A stretch of 20,000 nucleotides of DNA from an uncultured virus (IMG/VR IMGVR_UViG_3300021197_001482) (IMGVR_UViG_3300021197_001482), one strand, 5' to 3'; shown: positions 1 to 15,000, counted from the first letter of the stretch. Translations and numbers: made by a program. The notes: generated by a model from the sequence alone, not told the origin.

Positions 1-3000
1 TTGGGTTACTGATACCATCGTATGATGATTTACTGATACCACTACTTACAGCATAAGAACCATCATCGTCAGCATCCGACCAAATAGGACCATCAAAGCC
101 GTAGTCTCGTGGATAGTCCCATGTAGATGAGACATAAGCGTAACCATCAAGGCGGCTTACCAATGGCCCACCACGACTACCACTCGGCCAAAAGTGATTG
201 AGCATACTCTTGGTGGCTGTATCACTGCTGTCCGACTGTCCACCTTGCATAAGCCCTGTACCGATAGTGGTATCAATTGTTTGAGCAGTTTGAGGTGTCC
301 CATCAGCACCAGTGTATATGATAGAACCTACAGCGATTTGAGGTGGTAGTGTATCAAATACTACAATGGTAGTATCTCCTTCTGTAACAGTACCATTAAC
401 TTGATACATACGCCCATCAACAAAAATGTAACTTTCATCCGATATAATCTCTCCACCGTTTGTAGTAATCGTATTACCAGTGTGTGATACAACTTGACGA
501 GTGTGTGAACCATCAGCGGCGAGGTCAGCGGTCTTGTAGTATCGCAGTGAATGATTCCCACTCGCCATAGTTGTCAACGGTGTACCCTTGACATTGACAC
601 ACCCTGTTAATGTTGTACCACCAGCACCACCACCGGTATAAGTGAATATTTCTTCTTCACTACCACTGTTGACATACACTGTATTTGTACCACTTGTAGG
701 CCATCCGGCCATTATAGCACCTGTGGCAGTTACAGTTGTACTACTCACACTCGCTGATGTAGCAGTGTAGTATGTTGATTGCGCTTCGGTAGGCGGCATG
801 GCTGTCTTCATTCGCAAAGCAAACGGCCCCATGCTGGCATAGTAAGTAGCGTCATGGTAGTGGACAGTTTCAAAATGTTCCGGCATACTGTTGAGTGGTT
901 TTTGATTGATGGCTCGGTCAGTCAGTGGGTTCAACCATGTTCGACTCGCATCGCTGTAGAAAGTGTGAGGGCGACCAAGGTTTGGATGCCATAGACAAAG
1001 GAAAGCATCAGCCATATGTAGGCTGTTGGTATCACGACTACCCGCTAAGGTTTGAGGTAGAGTTTGAGTGATAATGCTTGTTTCACTGTCACTTAAAATC
1101 GCATTTGCTGGTCGGAAATCATACGCACGAGATAAGCGTAATTTTGTTCCTACTGTTAAATTACTTGTGAAAGTAGAGTTGGCTACTATAGTAAATTGCT
1201 TAGGCTTATTCATCAATGATGAATCATAACCACTGCGTTCAGTGTAAGTATGTGTTCTTCGTGTGCCTGTAGCATCGGTGTATTCAAGCACCATACCATA
1301 GTAAGGTTGCTTAGGGAATCCTCGTGCATCATCTACTGTAATAACTGTGGATGCTATACTCACTACAGTACATACAGGTGTGAGACTGATGTTCTCAAGT
1401 ATCTCGGAGTATAAGTCGGGATAGAAACTTGGATAGCCAGCAAGCGTGATTTGAGAAGCAATCGAGCCGCTACTTGCTCTCAAGAACTCATAGTAGTTGT
1501 CAAGACGATGCCAAGACAAATGATTGAAACGGTCAGCATCAGCGTTATCCGGGCCAACCTTGTGAACAATAGACCACCACGGTATATTGGTTGTGAAGCC
1601 GGGCGTAGCATCTACGAACATACTTGGGTAATACGGTAGAGAGCGACGAACAAAGGCCGGTGATTCTGTGCTTTGTACACCAAGTGGGTTGTATAGCATC
1701 AACGGTGGAATATTAGTGAATTGACTACCGTAATCGGGGTCATGGTCTATCATCAATTCATTAACAAATATTTCACAGCCTCTTACATCAGCCATAGTAG
1801 CATTAGCCAGTACAAGTGCATAAGCACCATACCTGCTGTCGGGTTCACGAATACCTACAACCAGTGCGACTTGTTGGCTTGTTAATTCACTTACACCACC
1901 ATTAGGAATATCATTAGCAGGGCCATTTGCATGATAACCAATAAACTGCGAACTATGCATATTTGGTTGTATGATGATTTGATACGCACCAACCTCGGCA
2001 GGGTCGGGGAAATGTTCTTTCAGTGTGTAAGTACCTGCGGCTTCAAGAACGATTGTGTGTCCACCCTTTGAGTTTGTAACACCTGCATCACCTTCGGAAG
2101 CAAGTACACCGTAACCATCGTTACGCAACTTGGTTTCAAACATCAATGAGAAACCGCCACCGTGTATGTCACTTGGGCCGCTTGGTGTAGCGGTTAATGA
2201 ACCAAAGACCAACAACGGGTCATAGGTAGGGAATGTAGTAGGTGCGCTTGTAATTAAATCATCCATATCAAAACGCTCATCAAGAATAGTAAACTCATCC
2301 GATTGTAAAGTGGCCGCACGACAGGCTCGGTGTTTGTCGTATAATCCTTGATAAGCAGGATGCGCCCAATGTCCGGGTAGCATAGCCATTGTTGCGTTGA
2401 CAAAATGATGACCCATACGAGGTATAGGTGCAGGAGTTAATTGCGGCTTTTTGTATATTGAATAACCAGTCATGGCTTCTTCGGCTGTCACGGAGTAATT
2501 GACATAGTGAGTATGTGCCATGTCGGGGCTGTTACCACTTACTTCTGCATGGTCCCGAATACGGCGTGAACCATAGAATCGGGTGCTACCGGCAGGAATG
2601 TAATACGATGGGACTACTTTCAGTGCTGTAATACTACTAAGAACGAGTTTGTTGAATACTTCATCGCCTACGCAACCTGTAAATGTAGAACCGCTGATAC
2701 CAGTAAAGGATGCTACACCACCTTCATCGGTGGTAGGATTATACAAGCGAAGGAATCTGCGCTCTCCGACTCGCTCTTTGTTACCGAATGTAGAATCATA
2801 AACAGCGGAGTTTACACTTGTATTCACTGTTAAAGTAGTACCGACAAAAGACACACCTGTAAGTTCGTGATTAACAACACCACCGCTGTGTGAATAAATG
2901 ACAGGGTGCTTGTGTGTGTTGGTGTTACCCATTTTTGTTACATGGAAAAACAAGGTACGGTCGTGTAATTCGTATGCCGTTTCAAGGGGTGCATTTCCAG

Positions 3001-6000
3001 TGGAACTTTGCCAGCCCGACATTGTACTTTCGGGGTTATCAGTGCCTTGTTTGAGATGTTCCCAATTATGGTCGCTGTAAGTAGGGCCGAGGTTTGGACT
3101 CACTAAACTGTTATCGAACATATGTTCTACAGTGGATTTAGTCATCATACCACCTGTACCCATTGTTTCAGTTTGATAGGCTTGGAGTCTATCGAAGCCG
3201 GAACGAATAAGTAAGTTACCGGGTATAGAATCGGGGTTTGGTAAGCGTATTTTCATGTTCGGCTCAACACCGCTACCGGAAATTGCAGGGGCTAATCCTT
3301 GCGCTGAACGGTTGGATAGTTGAGTAAACGCTCTTATGATTGTTCCAAACGGAGAGCCACCTTCTACTGTATGCTCTTGCCCTGTGTCATCTACTACTGT
3401 AATACTTTCAAACTGAATCTCTTCATTTGGTATTTCAAGAATGTTACGCAACAAATCGGGGTGGCGAGATGCCATCTGTGGGTGTGATAACTCTTGGGCT
3501 TGGATGATAGGGAACATTGCACTGTTGGTAGATTCAAAGGTAAAGCGGTTATTACCGTACAGTTTTTCACCAGTGGTGTAAGCGTTACCACCTGCTACAC
3601 GAGTAACAAACGGTACAGCACCCAATCCTCGTGCGTTTGGTGCAGGGAGGCTAAGGTTGCCACCATCCATTCGCTTCCACACTACATGCTCAACACTAAA
3701 GTTTTGAGCAGGGGTACGCTGTGATAACTTGTAACCGTTGGTGTCACCAAGCCAGTAATCATCATTAGTGTAATCGTAATTATCAATTTCAGCATCAGTG
3801 CTTGATAACTCAAGTTCTTTTGTAATATTACGAGTCACATTGGTGACATCCTCAAGTAACATTGTACCGGGGCTAATATCAGTGTCAAAGAACAAATCAC
3901 CTGTAACAGCAAAACAAGGTTCTGCGTTGTAGAGATTCGTGTCTTGGTCGCCAGTTAATGCTGTGTGTAAGACATAAGCGGCGTTTGGTACATCAGCAGT
4001 AGGTGTTGCTGTTCCTGTAGCAATCAAGGCTTCTACATTTGGACCAGCGTTGGCGGGGGCTATGTATCGTTCAGCATCATGGAATCGTTCATCCCATCGT
4101 GTTGTACCAGCGAAGGTGATAGCAGTAGCGGCGGCTACACCGGCACGAGTTTTTGATACTACAGAAAGCCAATCACCGGTTGCTGTTATACCATCACGGT
4201 CAGTCTTGGCTACAAGTGCCAACTCACTTTCGTTACTGATAACAAGCATTGCTCGACTGAATACACCCTGTTGATGGTGAAGTTTTTTATCAAGAGTATA
4301 TGATGTATTGGAATCTGTTGCTTCTAATATATGAGGCGGTTTAGCACTCATTATGTCCTTTGTACTTTCAACATCAGTGAAATCATAATTATCATACCAA
4401 GTGTCACCACCGACTAATCCGATGTTCCAAGTGTACGGTGTGGTAAGCGCAACATCATATGACACATTAGATGCTTCTTGTCCGTTGACTCTTGGGCTTG
4501 CTTCGGGGCTGTTATACATTGGATATGAACTTGGTAGGTGTCCTAATGTATTCATACACGAGGCTGATGAACCATATGGGGTGAAGCCCATTTTAGGATG
4601 CCAAGCACCTTTTCCAGCACCATATCCTTCTGTACCTACCTTGAGAGAGTTAAGGTATGAATAACGCTCTCCCGCCCATCCTACAGCCCCTACAGGGCGT
4701 GTACGGTCAATAGCATCTACCAAACCACCAAAGTGAACTTGAGTCATGTGGTTACGAGATGTTTCATTTTTGTTATTGAAACGGTGTACGCCCGCCTTCG
4801 ACCATACATAGATTTTACTTGGAGAAGGGTGAACTAAACCACCACCGCCGGGGTCATATCCCGGTGTCGGGAAAGTCATAGTTGCACTTTGACATTTGTT
4901 ATGCCAAGTGGTTATGTCTTCTAAAAGAGGTAATCCACTTATTCTATTCGGTGCGAGGTAAAACTTGATTTTGTATGTACCGCTATCATTCCATATTTCT
5001 CGACTGTGATAACATCCAAAAGAGGATTTTATGTATCTATCTGCTTCTGCAACATCTGTTTCGGTGTAATCTCTTCCACCGGTATCGGTTCTTATCCAAC
5101 CACACGCTGGTATTTGTTCTAATTCTGCTTGCGTAGCACCTGTAATAGTTGCTACAATATGAACTTCGGAATTATCAACATCTCCGGTTGTATCACCGAA
5201 TGCTTCACCACTGAATACTTTACCGAGTAAATCATCAGCGAGATTGTTATATGAAACAAAGTTGGTTTCAATCCAACCGTATCGGTCTTGACGCATTGCG
5301 TTACCCATAGACGGTAGGAATGTGCCACCCATTGCTTTAAGCGCACCTTTACCGGGATTTTCATTGATGGCTTGACCGATGATAGTCGCCAGTTCCTCAC
5401 CGTTTTGACATCGTGTGCCATCTACAATGATATAATCACTGTCAAAGTTAAGTGCAGTTTCGCTGTTCGCACCTTCAAGAATAGTTTTAGCCATAACACC
5501 CGAAACACGGAATGCTGTAGCATTAACTTGGTTCCATGATTCTAAGGCGTAACGATAGTTACCGTTGGGGTTTGGTGCGTTAAAGGATATTTGATTATCG
5601 AGCCATGAACCACCCGGATGATACCCACCATCCATGTGAAATGTCATGTCTGCACTCATAGCAATACCGTAATATGCGACAGCACTATGTTTGTAAGGAT
5701 GGGCTTTGTAATAATCAGCGGCGTTATCACTTGTTAATTTACCAGCGGTTGGGTTGGTAAATACTTCACCGTAATGAGAACCGTGTTCCGGTCGCTGTTG
5801 TAAATAACCTACATTCGGAATACCTTGCGGTGGCGACCAGTTTAGCGTAGTACGCCAATGGTAACGCTGTCGTGCGGTTTGATATGCTGTATCGGGCGGG
5901 CCATACAAATTATCACTGTTTGTAATTTCATTTGGTAAGAACTTACTATGAGGTACTTTACTCCAAGTGTTACCAGCAGTGACGACATATCCGGGGTGTG

Positions 6001-9000
6001 GTTCGACAGCCGCATTGGAGTTGTCGTCTTCGGTGAATGGGAACGCTTGACCCGGCCCATAGACAAGGTAAGTAGTTTTATTTTCAATGTAATTAAATGT
6101 TAAAGTTCCGTTTGACACCGAGCCACCAGTAGTAGCAACCGATAACTCAAATGTGGTAGCATTGGTAATGGATGATACTGTAGCCCCATCGGGAATACCT
6201 GTACCTGTGACCGTCATTCCTACAACAAGTTGTGTTGTAGAATCCATTGTAATCGTTGGGTCATTGTTGTAATCACATGTAGCATCAACAATAGGCTGAC
6301 TGTCGTGATAGCGAGCAGTAGGATGAGCGAAGCGAAGCACCAACGGTACAGGCTGTTGGCGAACAATACCTGCGGCGTATCTCGCTCGTACATCACCTGC
6401 CGCCGCCGCATTGAGTAAAGCAAAGTCGGCATCCAAGTTGCCGCCCCGTAGGTCGGGTGATAGAATACTGTCTTTGTTCGACACTGGGCTGTTGATTGAC
6501 CCTCGGTGCTGATTGAGTAGGGCTGTGCCGGGGAAGAAAGCGAGTAGTGCGTTACAATCCACCATAGCGAATGACCCGCTAATTTCATTGGCGTTTTGAA
6601 TACCCGCTGTTCCTGTTGGCCCGCCCGAATACGGGTGAGTGTAGAATGGTGAGTAATCATTCTGTGTTCCATCGTTAATATCGAGAGTAACACCAGTGAA
6701 CCCGCCGCCAAAGTAAAGCGGTACACTGTGGTCTACGCTGTCTCTTGCACCACGGAACAACACGATAGGTTCGCTATCAACACTACCATAAGAACGATAA
6801 CCGCATATTGCATCACGCTCAAAACCGGGTAAGTTTGATTGAGCAAAACGAATAAGAACAAAGTCATCACCTACATCGCCATTAAACGCTGTTCGCCATA
6901 ATCCATTACCATGTCCATCAGTATATGTTAAAGAAGTATGCGATACACTACTCTTAATTGATTTAACTTCACCTCTTGCTATACCATCAGCAGTAGCATA
7001 TGAAAAAATAATCTCTTCACCAAATGAGCCTTCTTTAGCAAGACTGTTAATTGAATCTGCTTCTTGTCCGGCGGGAATTATAGCATGTGCTATTTTATTG
7101 GTTTTTGAAACAAACTCATTTTCTATATTACCGCCAGTTGAGTCATAGTTATTAAACAATAATATTGGATTGTTTAACGATGGTAGAATATGGTCGCCAC
7201 TAATGGATGTGTAATTCTCACCTTTGAGATTTCTTCGCCAAGAATTAACCGATACAGGAGTATTGGATGAATCTACCAGTACTGGGGTGGCTGTGTTTGC
7301 ATTAAAACCTCGACCTTTACTGCGTATTTGTAAGACAGTGTATGGTAAATAACCTACATCCATTCGACGGTGTGCATCGAGTTCAGCATCGCTATACGGT
7401 TTGTTAATAGGGTCAGTAGCAACAAGAGTCCAACCTGCTGTTGTTTCATGTAAAGTTGTATATTCACCATATTCAAGGTGGGCGGCTTGAATACCCCAGT
7501 CTTTATGCAATGTAGCCTCAAACATTTGAGAAAGCGGTAATGTGTTTCTTGATGGAGTATGCGCTCGTATTTTGATAGCGTCGGGGGCTACACCCCATTG
7601 CCCGTATGTTCTACCATCGGCGGCATACATTCCTCGGCAATCAAAGTTGAGTAAACGGTTTGGGTCTTCATGGTTAATCGCCGCCGCAGTAACAGCCGCC
7701 ATCAATTCATCAGTAACAAGTGTAGTCCAGTTAATTCGGGGTGAAAGTAATACACGCAATTGTACACTGTCAGTTGGATTTGCTTTATGAGTATCGGTTA
7801 CTGTCCCACTGTTTACAAAGTGAGAAGAAATGAATGTATCACCAGCCACTCCATAGAAAATATGCGTTCCGTCGTTATCGTTTTGTGTACGGTGTGTGTA
7901 AGAAACGCTATGCCCGACAATACCTTTCCTTGTAGTGCCAGTAAAAGTATCATTGATTTGAAGAAGACCGTTTGTTTTCGGAAATCCGAGATAACCGAGG
8001 ACATCGGGGTGATTACCCATTACCCCATCACCAACAGTGCCGGTATCAAATGGCTCATGTAACACTACTGTTAATGTCGTTCCCGACCAAGTAACACTTG
8101 CGTCTATACCAACAGAAGGTGCGGGTACACCATTCCAGCGATTACCACGGTATGACGCTTCTGTAAGGTCGCCTGTTGTATCAATGCGACCGGTAACATC
8201 ACCAAAACCAAGCATGTGATTACCAATGGTAAATCCTCCTTGCCCTACATCTCGGTCATCAAAATATACACATATTTCATTGTCAAGAGTAGGTGGTAAT
8301 ATAGTATTATCATTACTAAAATTAGTTCCCATATCTCGATAAATGTAGCGTACACCGTAATTATTACCACGGTGGTCTTCAAACTGGAATCCGTATAGTT
8401 GTCCATCACCTATATTTTCAACTTGGGAATCTGTAACATGGTCCGAATAGTCTGTTATTGATGTAGATGCTGTATTACCCGTAGTAATAGCATTGGAGTA
8501 TCGAGTATCAAAATCAGTATTACCCCTTTCACCAAGACCCCATACACCCGCATCGGGGGCAAAACCGGGAATACCAGCGGCTACCATACCACCAAAGTTG
8601 ATTCTACCTACGGCTTGACTACCAGTTCGTAGCCCCTCAACAAGTGTTTTTGATGGACTTTGCGACTCAAAAGACTCATCATTGATTGTATTAGCATTCA
8701 TTCCGCTACCATTAAACGCTGAAATACTTCTTTTTGTATTTCTGCCTTGTGTGGTACTGGACAAATCATTTTGCCTTACATCAAAGTCACCGTTACTTAC
8801 AAAATTATCATCAGTGTCTTCTTGCGTAACATACTCCCGAAGCGTAGTAATCGGTGCAAATGGTCTACCATGTTTGTTGATAGGCATAGGGGCGGGGTGC
8901 ATATTCTCACCACTGGTTTCGTCGGGTTGACACCAAAAGTTTCGGAATCGCCCACCGTGACCGATGAGGAATTGTGGTTTGTATTGAGATTGACCCTTAC

Positions 9001-12000
9001 TGTTATCCAACCATGTACAGAAGTTACGACCACTTGCGCCCGGTATGGTAGAGTGTATAACGATAGAATGACCTGTGTTACCGTCAAGGTCTTCTACAAC
9101 TCGACCCAAATGCGCTCGCATGTAACCCATGTGGCTACCACGGTCTTGAGAATCAAAGGCTTCATCAGCAAACCACCAAGGTGCAGGGTCGTGTATAGAG
9201 CCAGTATCAGCGTTCATAGCACCGGTAGTAAGAGCGTTCTTTGCACCACCTTGATTGATTAAACGAACAATCTCTCGTGCGGCGGCTTCAATATCTGTAA
9301 CACCTTCTTTGATACCTACTTCACCAAAGTCAATAGTAAGACGGCGTACAAAGTCCATTTTACTCCAATGGTCGAGGTGTTGCAAACGACTTTCTTCATG
9401 ATTAGAAAGCAATAGACTTTGAGAGCGAATACCCTTCAAGCACAAGAATGCGGAGATGGCTCGTGTGCCATCCGGTGTGTCCATCATAGTACTGGCATCA
9501 CGAAGAGTAAATGTATCGGGGTTGTTTACAAGGCGAGACTTTTTCAAAGCACCGGCAAGTGTCTGTGTAGCACCAAGAGATTTTCTTGACAATGCATGTA
9601 AGCGGTCAGCCCAGTAGGGTGATGCAACGGCTGGTTGAACACGAGGTAAGGTACTGTCTGCAATGGTGAAAGAACTACTTGTTCCTTCATTCATAAAACC
9701 GGTATGAACATAATGACCGTGACCCTTACCCATAAAGTACGAATTATTTGTTGTAATGAATGTTAATGTTTGATTTGAATTAGTTGCTGTGGTGTCTTTA
9801 TCGAGATACAACAAACCTGCATTGCTATCTATTTCAATGATTTTAGAACCACTTGCTATGCCCGTTCCGCTTACAGTCATACCCACTGAAAACTTACTCA
9901 TTCTTGTACCAATTGTACCATTTAATCGTATAATCCTTACATTACCACCAAACACATGAGTATCAGTTCCAGTAGCGGCATGGTCGGTATCACATGCTTC
10001 GGTAAACGAGTTTCCTATCAGTGCTAATTTTGTTTTCCCTTGACCGGGTATAGCATAAGAGTCATGATTTAAGAAATTACTAATTGGGTTTTCACCACCA
10101 GCATTTGTACCCATCACATCCTCGGAAGTGTTACCGGATATGTTATGCACATACGCACTTTCAATAAACTTAGATTGCTGTGTTCTACGCATGTATGGAT
10201 TTTCACTGGGGAATCCATTTGCTACATCTATTTGAGTGGTAAAGTAATGTGGTGCGCCACCATTTTGTTGCACCAAGTACCGGTCAATATCTACAATACC
10301 ATCAGCAGTTACAACATGCCGACCAAAACCAATGTGAGGTGTAGCGGCACTTGATTGAACTTGCATATGCAAATCATGGAATGCAATAAACTCACGGTCG
10401 TGTGCTACATCGAACATCAAAACTCGTGCGTGGCCTTTGGTAGCGAGATAAGGGTCGAGATAAGCAACAGTCGGTGCTTGAGATGATGATAGTCCCATTG
10501 ATTCGTAATTTAATTCAATGGTTTTGTTTACATGTTGAACAAAATTGTTGGCGGTTTCAAGACATGAATCTCCAATTAAGAAGTTTTCAAGTGGTATAGA
10601 ATCACGAGGTCGAGTCGCTAAAGCACCTTTTCCGCCATTAAAACCTGTCCAAACTTGACCTTCGCTTAACACACCACGAGATTTAGCAAACAACCCTTCA
10701 ACAGCATGAGGGTTATTCATTGTCATGTTCATCCATATGGTATCACCGTTTCGTAGCCCGCCTTGAGCATAAGGGTATAACCATGTACGGTTAAGGATAG
10801 CATCGGGGTCGTTTTCAGTAACAGTTCCAAAACTTACTCGCAACGGGTCGCCGGATGCAATAGTAGTTGCATTAGTACCATCAAGTGTGATTACTGTGTT
10901 TGTAGCGTGTCCACTACCAGCATACGGTGATTCAATAAATGCAACTTTTCCTACATACTTAACAAAATTATTATCGCTCACATCCTCTATAAAGAGTTCA
11001 TCACCCGGTCGAAGGTTGATACCTACAGTATTGGCCTGTGGTATAAGAGTAGCAGTTGCAGGTGCTATCGAAAGAGTAGTTGCACCTACCGCACCTGCCG
11101 CTGTAAATGTCCACTGCTCACCACCTACCGATGGTTTGAAAGTTGTCGCACTAAACTCATTGATGTAAGCATTAGCAGGGTCAGTAAGTGAATACAAAGC
11201 ACGACAGGCTTTCTTCAATCGTATTGTTTTACCTTTAAAATTAGTTGTAGAAAAACTTGAAGGTGCGGCGCAAACAAATTGATTTGCCGTTTCACTTGTA
11301 CTTGTAATGTTTCCGAGAAACATCATTTCGATAGGCGTGTCAGTGAGAACTTCGGCAACAAATATCATATCACCATTCCCGAATGCAGGATTATTGGAAT
11401 CAGTCTCATAACCGCCGATTTTACTAAACGGTACATCGGGGAATGTAGAAGCGTCTTCTACAGTAAAAGTGTAAACTGACTGATTATTGTCTAAACCCGC
11501 AGTTACTTTGTTTACTTCTAAAATAGTAGATGAAGCATTCTTTGATTGAATACGAGGGGCGTGAGGATTGGTAAGCGGGCCTTCTTTGAACTCTACTGCA
11601 CTTACATATTGCCGCAATCCATAATCGAGATTACCACCTTGGGTTTGCATGTTGGCAGGGTCGTGATAGTAAGGTGAGCGATTTTCTAAATCGGATGATG
11701 GTGTACTTTCATCCGAAGCGATTGGAATAAGCGTTTCGTTTCGATAACCACCCGCTACATATACCAAAGCACCTACAGTAGCATCTGCAAAGAAATCCTC
11801 CGAAAAACCACCAGTAAAACCACCCGATACATTTTTCGGGATGCGAATATAACCATCGGTAGCAGGGTCGTTTTGATAGACACCCCATTGATTATTTGAA
11901 AGGAAAACACGACGATAGCGTGTCACATCCTTCATATTTCGATGCTCATTAGCCGCTGATTCAGCAGTTGGGAATATTTTTGGGTGTGAAACATATATGT

Positions 12001-15000
12001 CGGTGTGATTAGTACTTACTACGATTTGAGTAATAGTGGTTGATGATACATGCTCGTTACTATTTGCGTTAAACCCGTATGCCGAGTGTGCGTTACGGTC
12101 GCTTACAGCGATGTCGTTTGCCCGACGACCAACAGGAGTAGGATTCCATGAGTGTGCGGTATAGGTAGCATCAAGGTGTATTTTCATACTGTTATCCGGT
12201 CCGGGGAAAATACCAGTAGGTGCGTGGTCGAAAAACTGCTTAGGGAAAAGAGGAACTTCAACCATTGCACGAGTGCTGGCGTATTGCGTACCCAATTGAT
12301 AATCATGATTCACTGTGTCCATACTTTGGAACATTCTATCGTTTACTGTACTACCGTCTTCACAAAGGTTGTCATCACCAAAGTGAGGGTCGTTGAATAG
12401 TTTTACACTTATTTCATATTCATTTTCTGTGGCATTTGCAATGATACCAACACCGTTTAACCATTCATGGAATGATGCATAGGCTGTACCGTTTGCATCT
12501 AAAAACGACCTTTGCTCTTGTATAGTTGGCCCGCCGCTTGTATCAACGGTGAATACAAAACCACTACCAGTTTTTTCGCTGTAAGCGGCACTTGCCCCGT
12601 CTTCAAGGTAAATACGACCTACCTTTGGAAAACAGTATGTACCCCATGAGGCCATGTCTGTAGAGAGGTTGTTAAGCGGTTGCACAGACATGTATATCCT
12701 ATCGGTATCAGTATTGACACTCACAGCCTGTACAGCGCAACTACGGCGGGTTGAGCCGGGTAATCGCATTAGCGGGCTTGGGTCATAGGTAGGTTTGGTG
12801 TTAATCGCACCTTGTCCCGGCCCGCCAAGTGTCACAGTGACTACAGGGGCGTTTGGCTCAATCTCTTTGACGATGTGTGAATCCGGTGAGCCGCTACCGG
12901 TGATGTTGACATTTTGATTAGCGAGTCCTTCTGCGATACCCGTCGCCAATACAGTGACAGTTTTTTCATTTGTACCGGGGTCTTCGTCTTCTTTTATTGA
13001 GCGAATACGAGTGCGGCTCATGAGGTACAGTAACGATGCGATACTTGGTGAGTTACCTTCTGTATGATTTGTACGCATTTTCGATAACTGATTTGTTCGG
13101 GTTCTGTCGGATGGTTGAACGAATATAATACCGGAATACTCGTGTGTATTGTAAACGACATTATCTATGATGTCAAACATTTCAAAGTTATTACTCGCAT
13201 CAGTAGTTGAACCTTCATCGAATACACCATCACCAGTATTGGTTACAGCCGCCGGTTTAATAGACTGTAAACCTATTTCAGTCATATTTTTAACAGAATT
13301 ATCAGCATTTGGTTCTATACATAATTTATGATATGCTGAATCATGTACACCGTTATTATGTGATGCTGTGAGGTATTGAGGTGTTGTATTACCGTCTGTC
13401 GTAGCATTACTCGGTGGTGTATAATTGACAGGACAGCGGCTAAAATCTACTTCACTGTCAAGTTCATACCCTCCGGTATTATCACCGATTAACGAATGTT
13501 CTGTCTCTAAATGATGTGTAGTGGTCGTTTGACTGTTACCTGTCATAATGAGGCCACCGGGTGCAAACAATGTGGTGTCTTTTGTAGCATCGGCTAAGTC
13601 TGCTTCGATGACATCAAGCACTGTAGTAGAGCCGGTAAGAACATAATTACCACTTGGTACAGTCTTTTCAATCATTAAGCAAGGTGTTGTTTTACCCATA
13701 CTCGCCCCTGTTAAATCAATTGAATTGTAGTGTATCTCAACATATGGTGCAAGGCTATGTGTGGTTTGAAGAGTAGGAACTTTGAGTAAAGCAATACGAC
13801 TCACACTTTCCGGTCGCAAATGATACAACCGTGTATCATCATTGATGTCACCTTCAAACTCCGGTACTGGACCTTTTAGCATAAATGGGCGGTAATCAAA
13901 GTTTGTACCACCAATGGCAATGGCTTGCTCTTTACTTTCTGCTAAACCATTTGACACTACAAAAGTTGCAGGTGTCGAATTGATAAAATTAGCCACTGTC
14001 ACCTGTGTACTTTCTTCATAGAAGTCGGATAGAGCGTTCATTGCAAACAAATCAGCAATACCCTTTGTATTACTGTCATATCCCATTTCAACAACATCTG
14101 CCGTTCCACCCATGATTTGGTCTATTGAGAGGTATGCGGGTTGAGGATAGCGGCGCATATACTCATGACCTGTGATATGAGAATATCTATGTCGCCCACT
14201 GTGTCCTACTTGATACAAAACATCCAATGTAGAAGGCCAAGAAACAGCAAACGGGTTGCTTGGTGAATTATCAGTAGTAGCCATTTGAGTAGAGTACACT
14301 AATGCGTGTTGCGAAAAGTTACTCTCATCAATCACCATTTGACCCGTTTTATCAAATATTTGGCTACCGTAGTGTGGAGGTTGATACGGCTTACCTGTNN
14401 NNNNNNNNNNNNNNNNNNNNNNNNNNNNNNNNNNNNNNNNNNNNNNNNNNNNNNNNNNNNNNNNNNNNNNNNNNNNNNNNNNNNNNNNNNNNNNNNNNAT
14501 AGCCTCGATAGCCCCTCTAAACTCTCCACCTTTACCGCCGATGTACACATGTGCTGTTGAGTCTGCTATTCTACTTTCAATGTCAATTTCTTGCGTTGCT
14601 ACAACATGTCCGTTGACATACAAAAAAACAGAACCCGCTGTAACCCCTGCTACTACATGATACAATCCACGGTGTTTGAAATTGAGATTTGTAGCATCGT
14701 TGTAAGCGGTATTGTCTTTCAAGTATCTATTGTAGGTATCATGTATTCCACCTACTTCTTGCGGTGGGTAAACCACTCCATCCCATCGTGTTGATGTAGC
14801 CTTGGCTGTGCTTAAGGAAACAGGATGCATACCACTTTGTGTTTTTAATTGCACAGTAAACTTAGCAGGGCCGGGTGTATCTACTGTGCCAAACTCAAGA
14901 GTGAATTGTTCATCACGGTGTGCGACTATACCACCACAGTCCGGTACTACCCACGCTTCGATAACAAAACTATCATCCATGATAGAGTTGATATGTGTAA

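Noticed and set aside
6220..6726. 168-aa alternative-frame minus-strand ORF as a possible overprinted gene
   Set aside because: It falls in the locally GC-rich stretch where stops are rarer, and shows no recognisable protein pattern.
14399..14498. Same reading frame on both sides of the N gap as proof of one gene
   Set aside because: The gap length is a placeholder, so the frame match has about a one in three chance of being coincidental. Continuity is inferred from the truncated LamG domain and absence of a visible stop.
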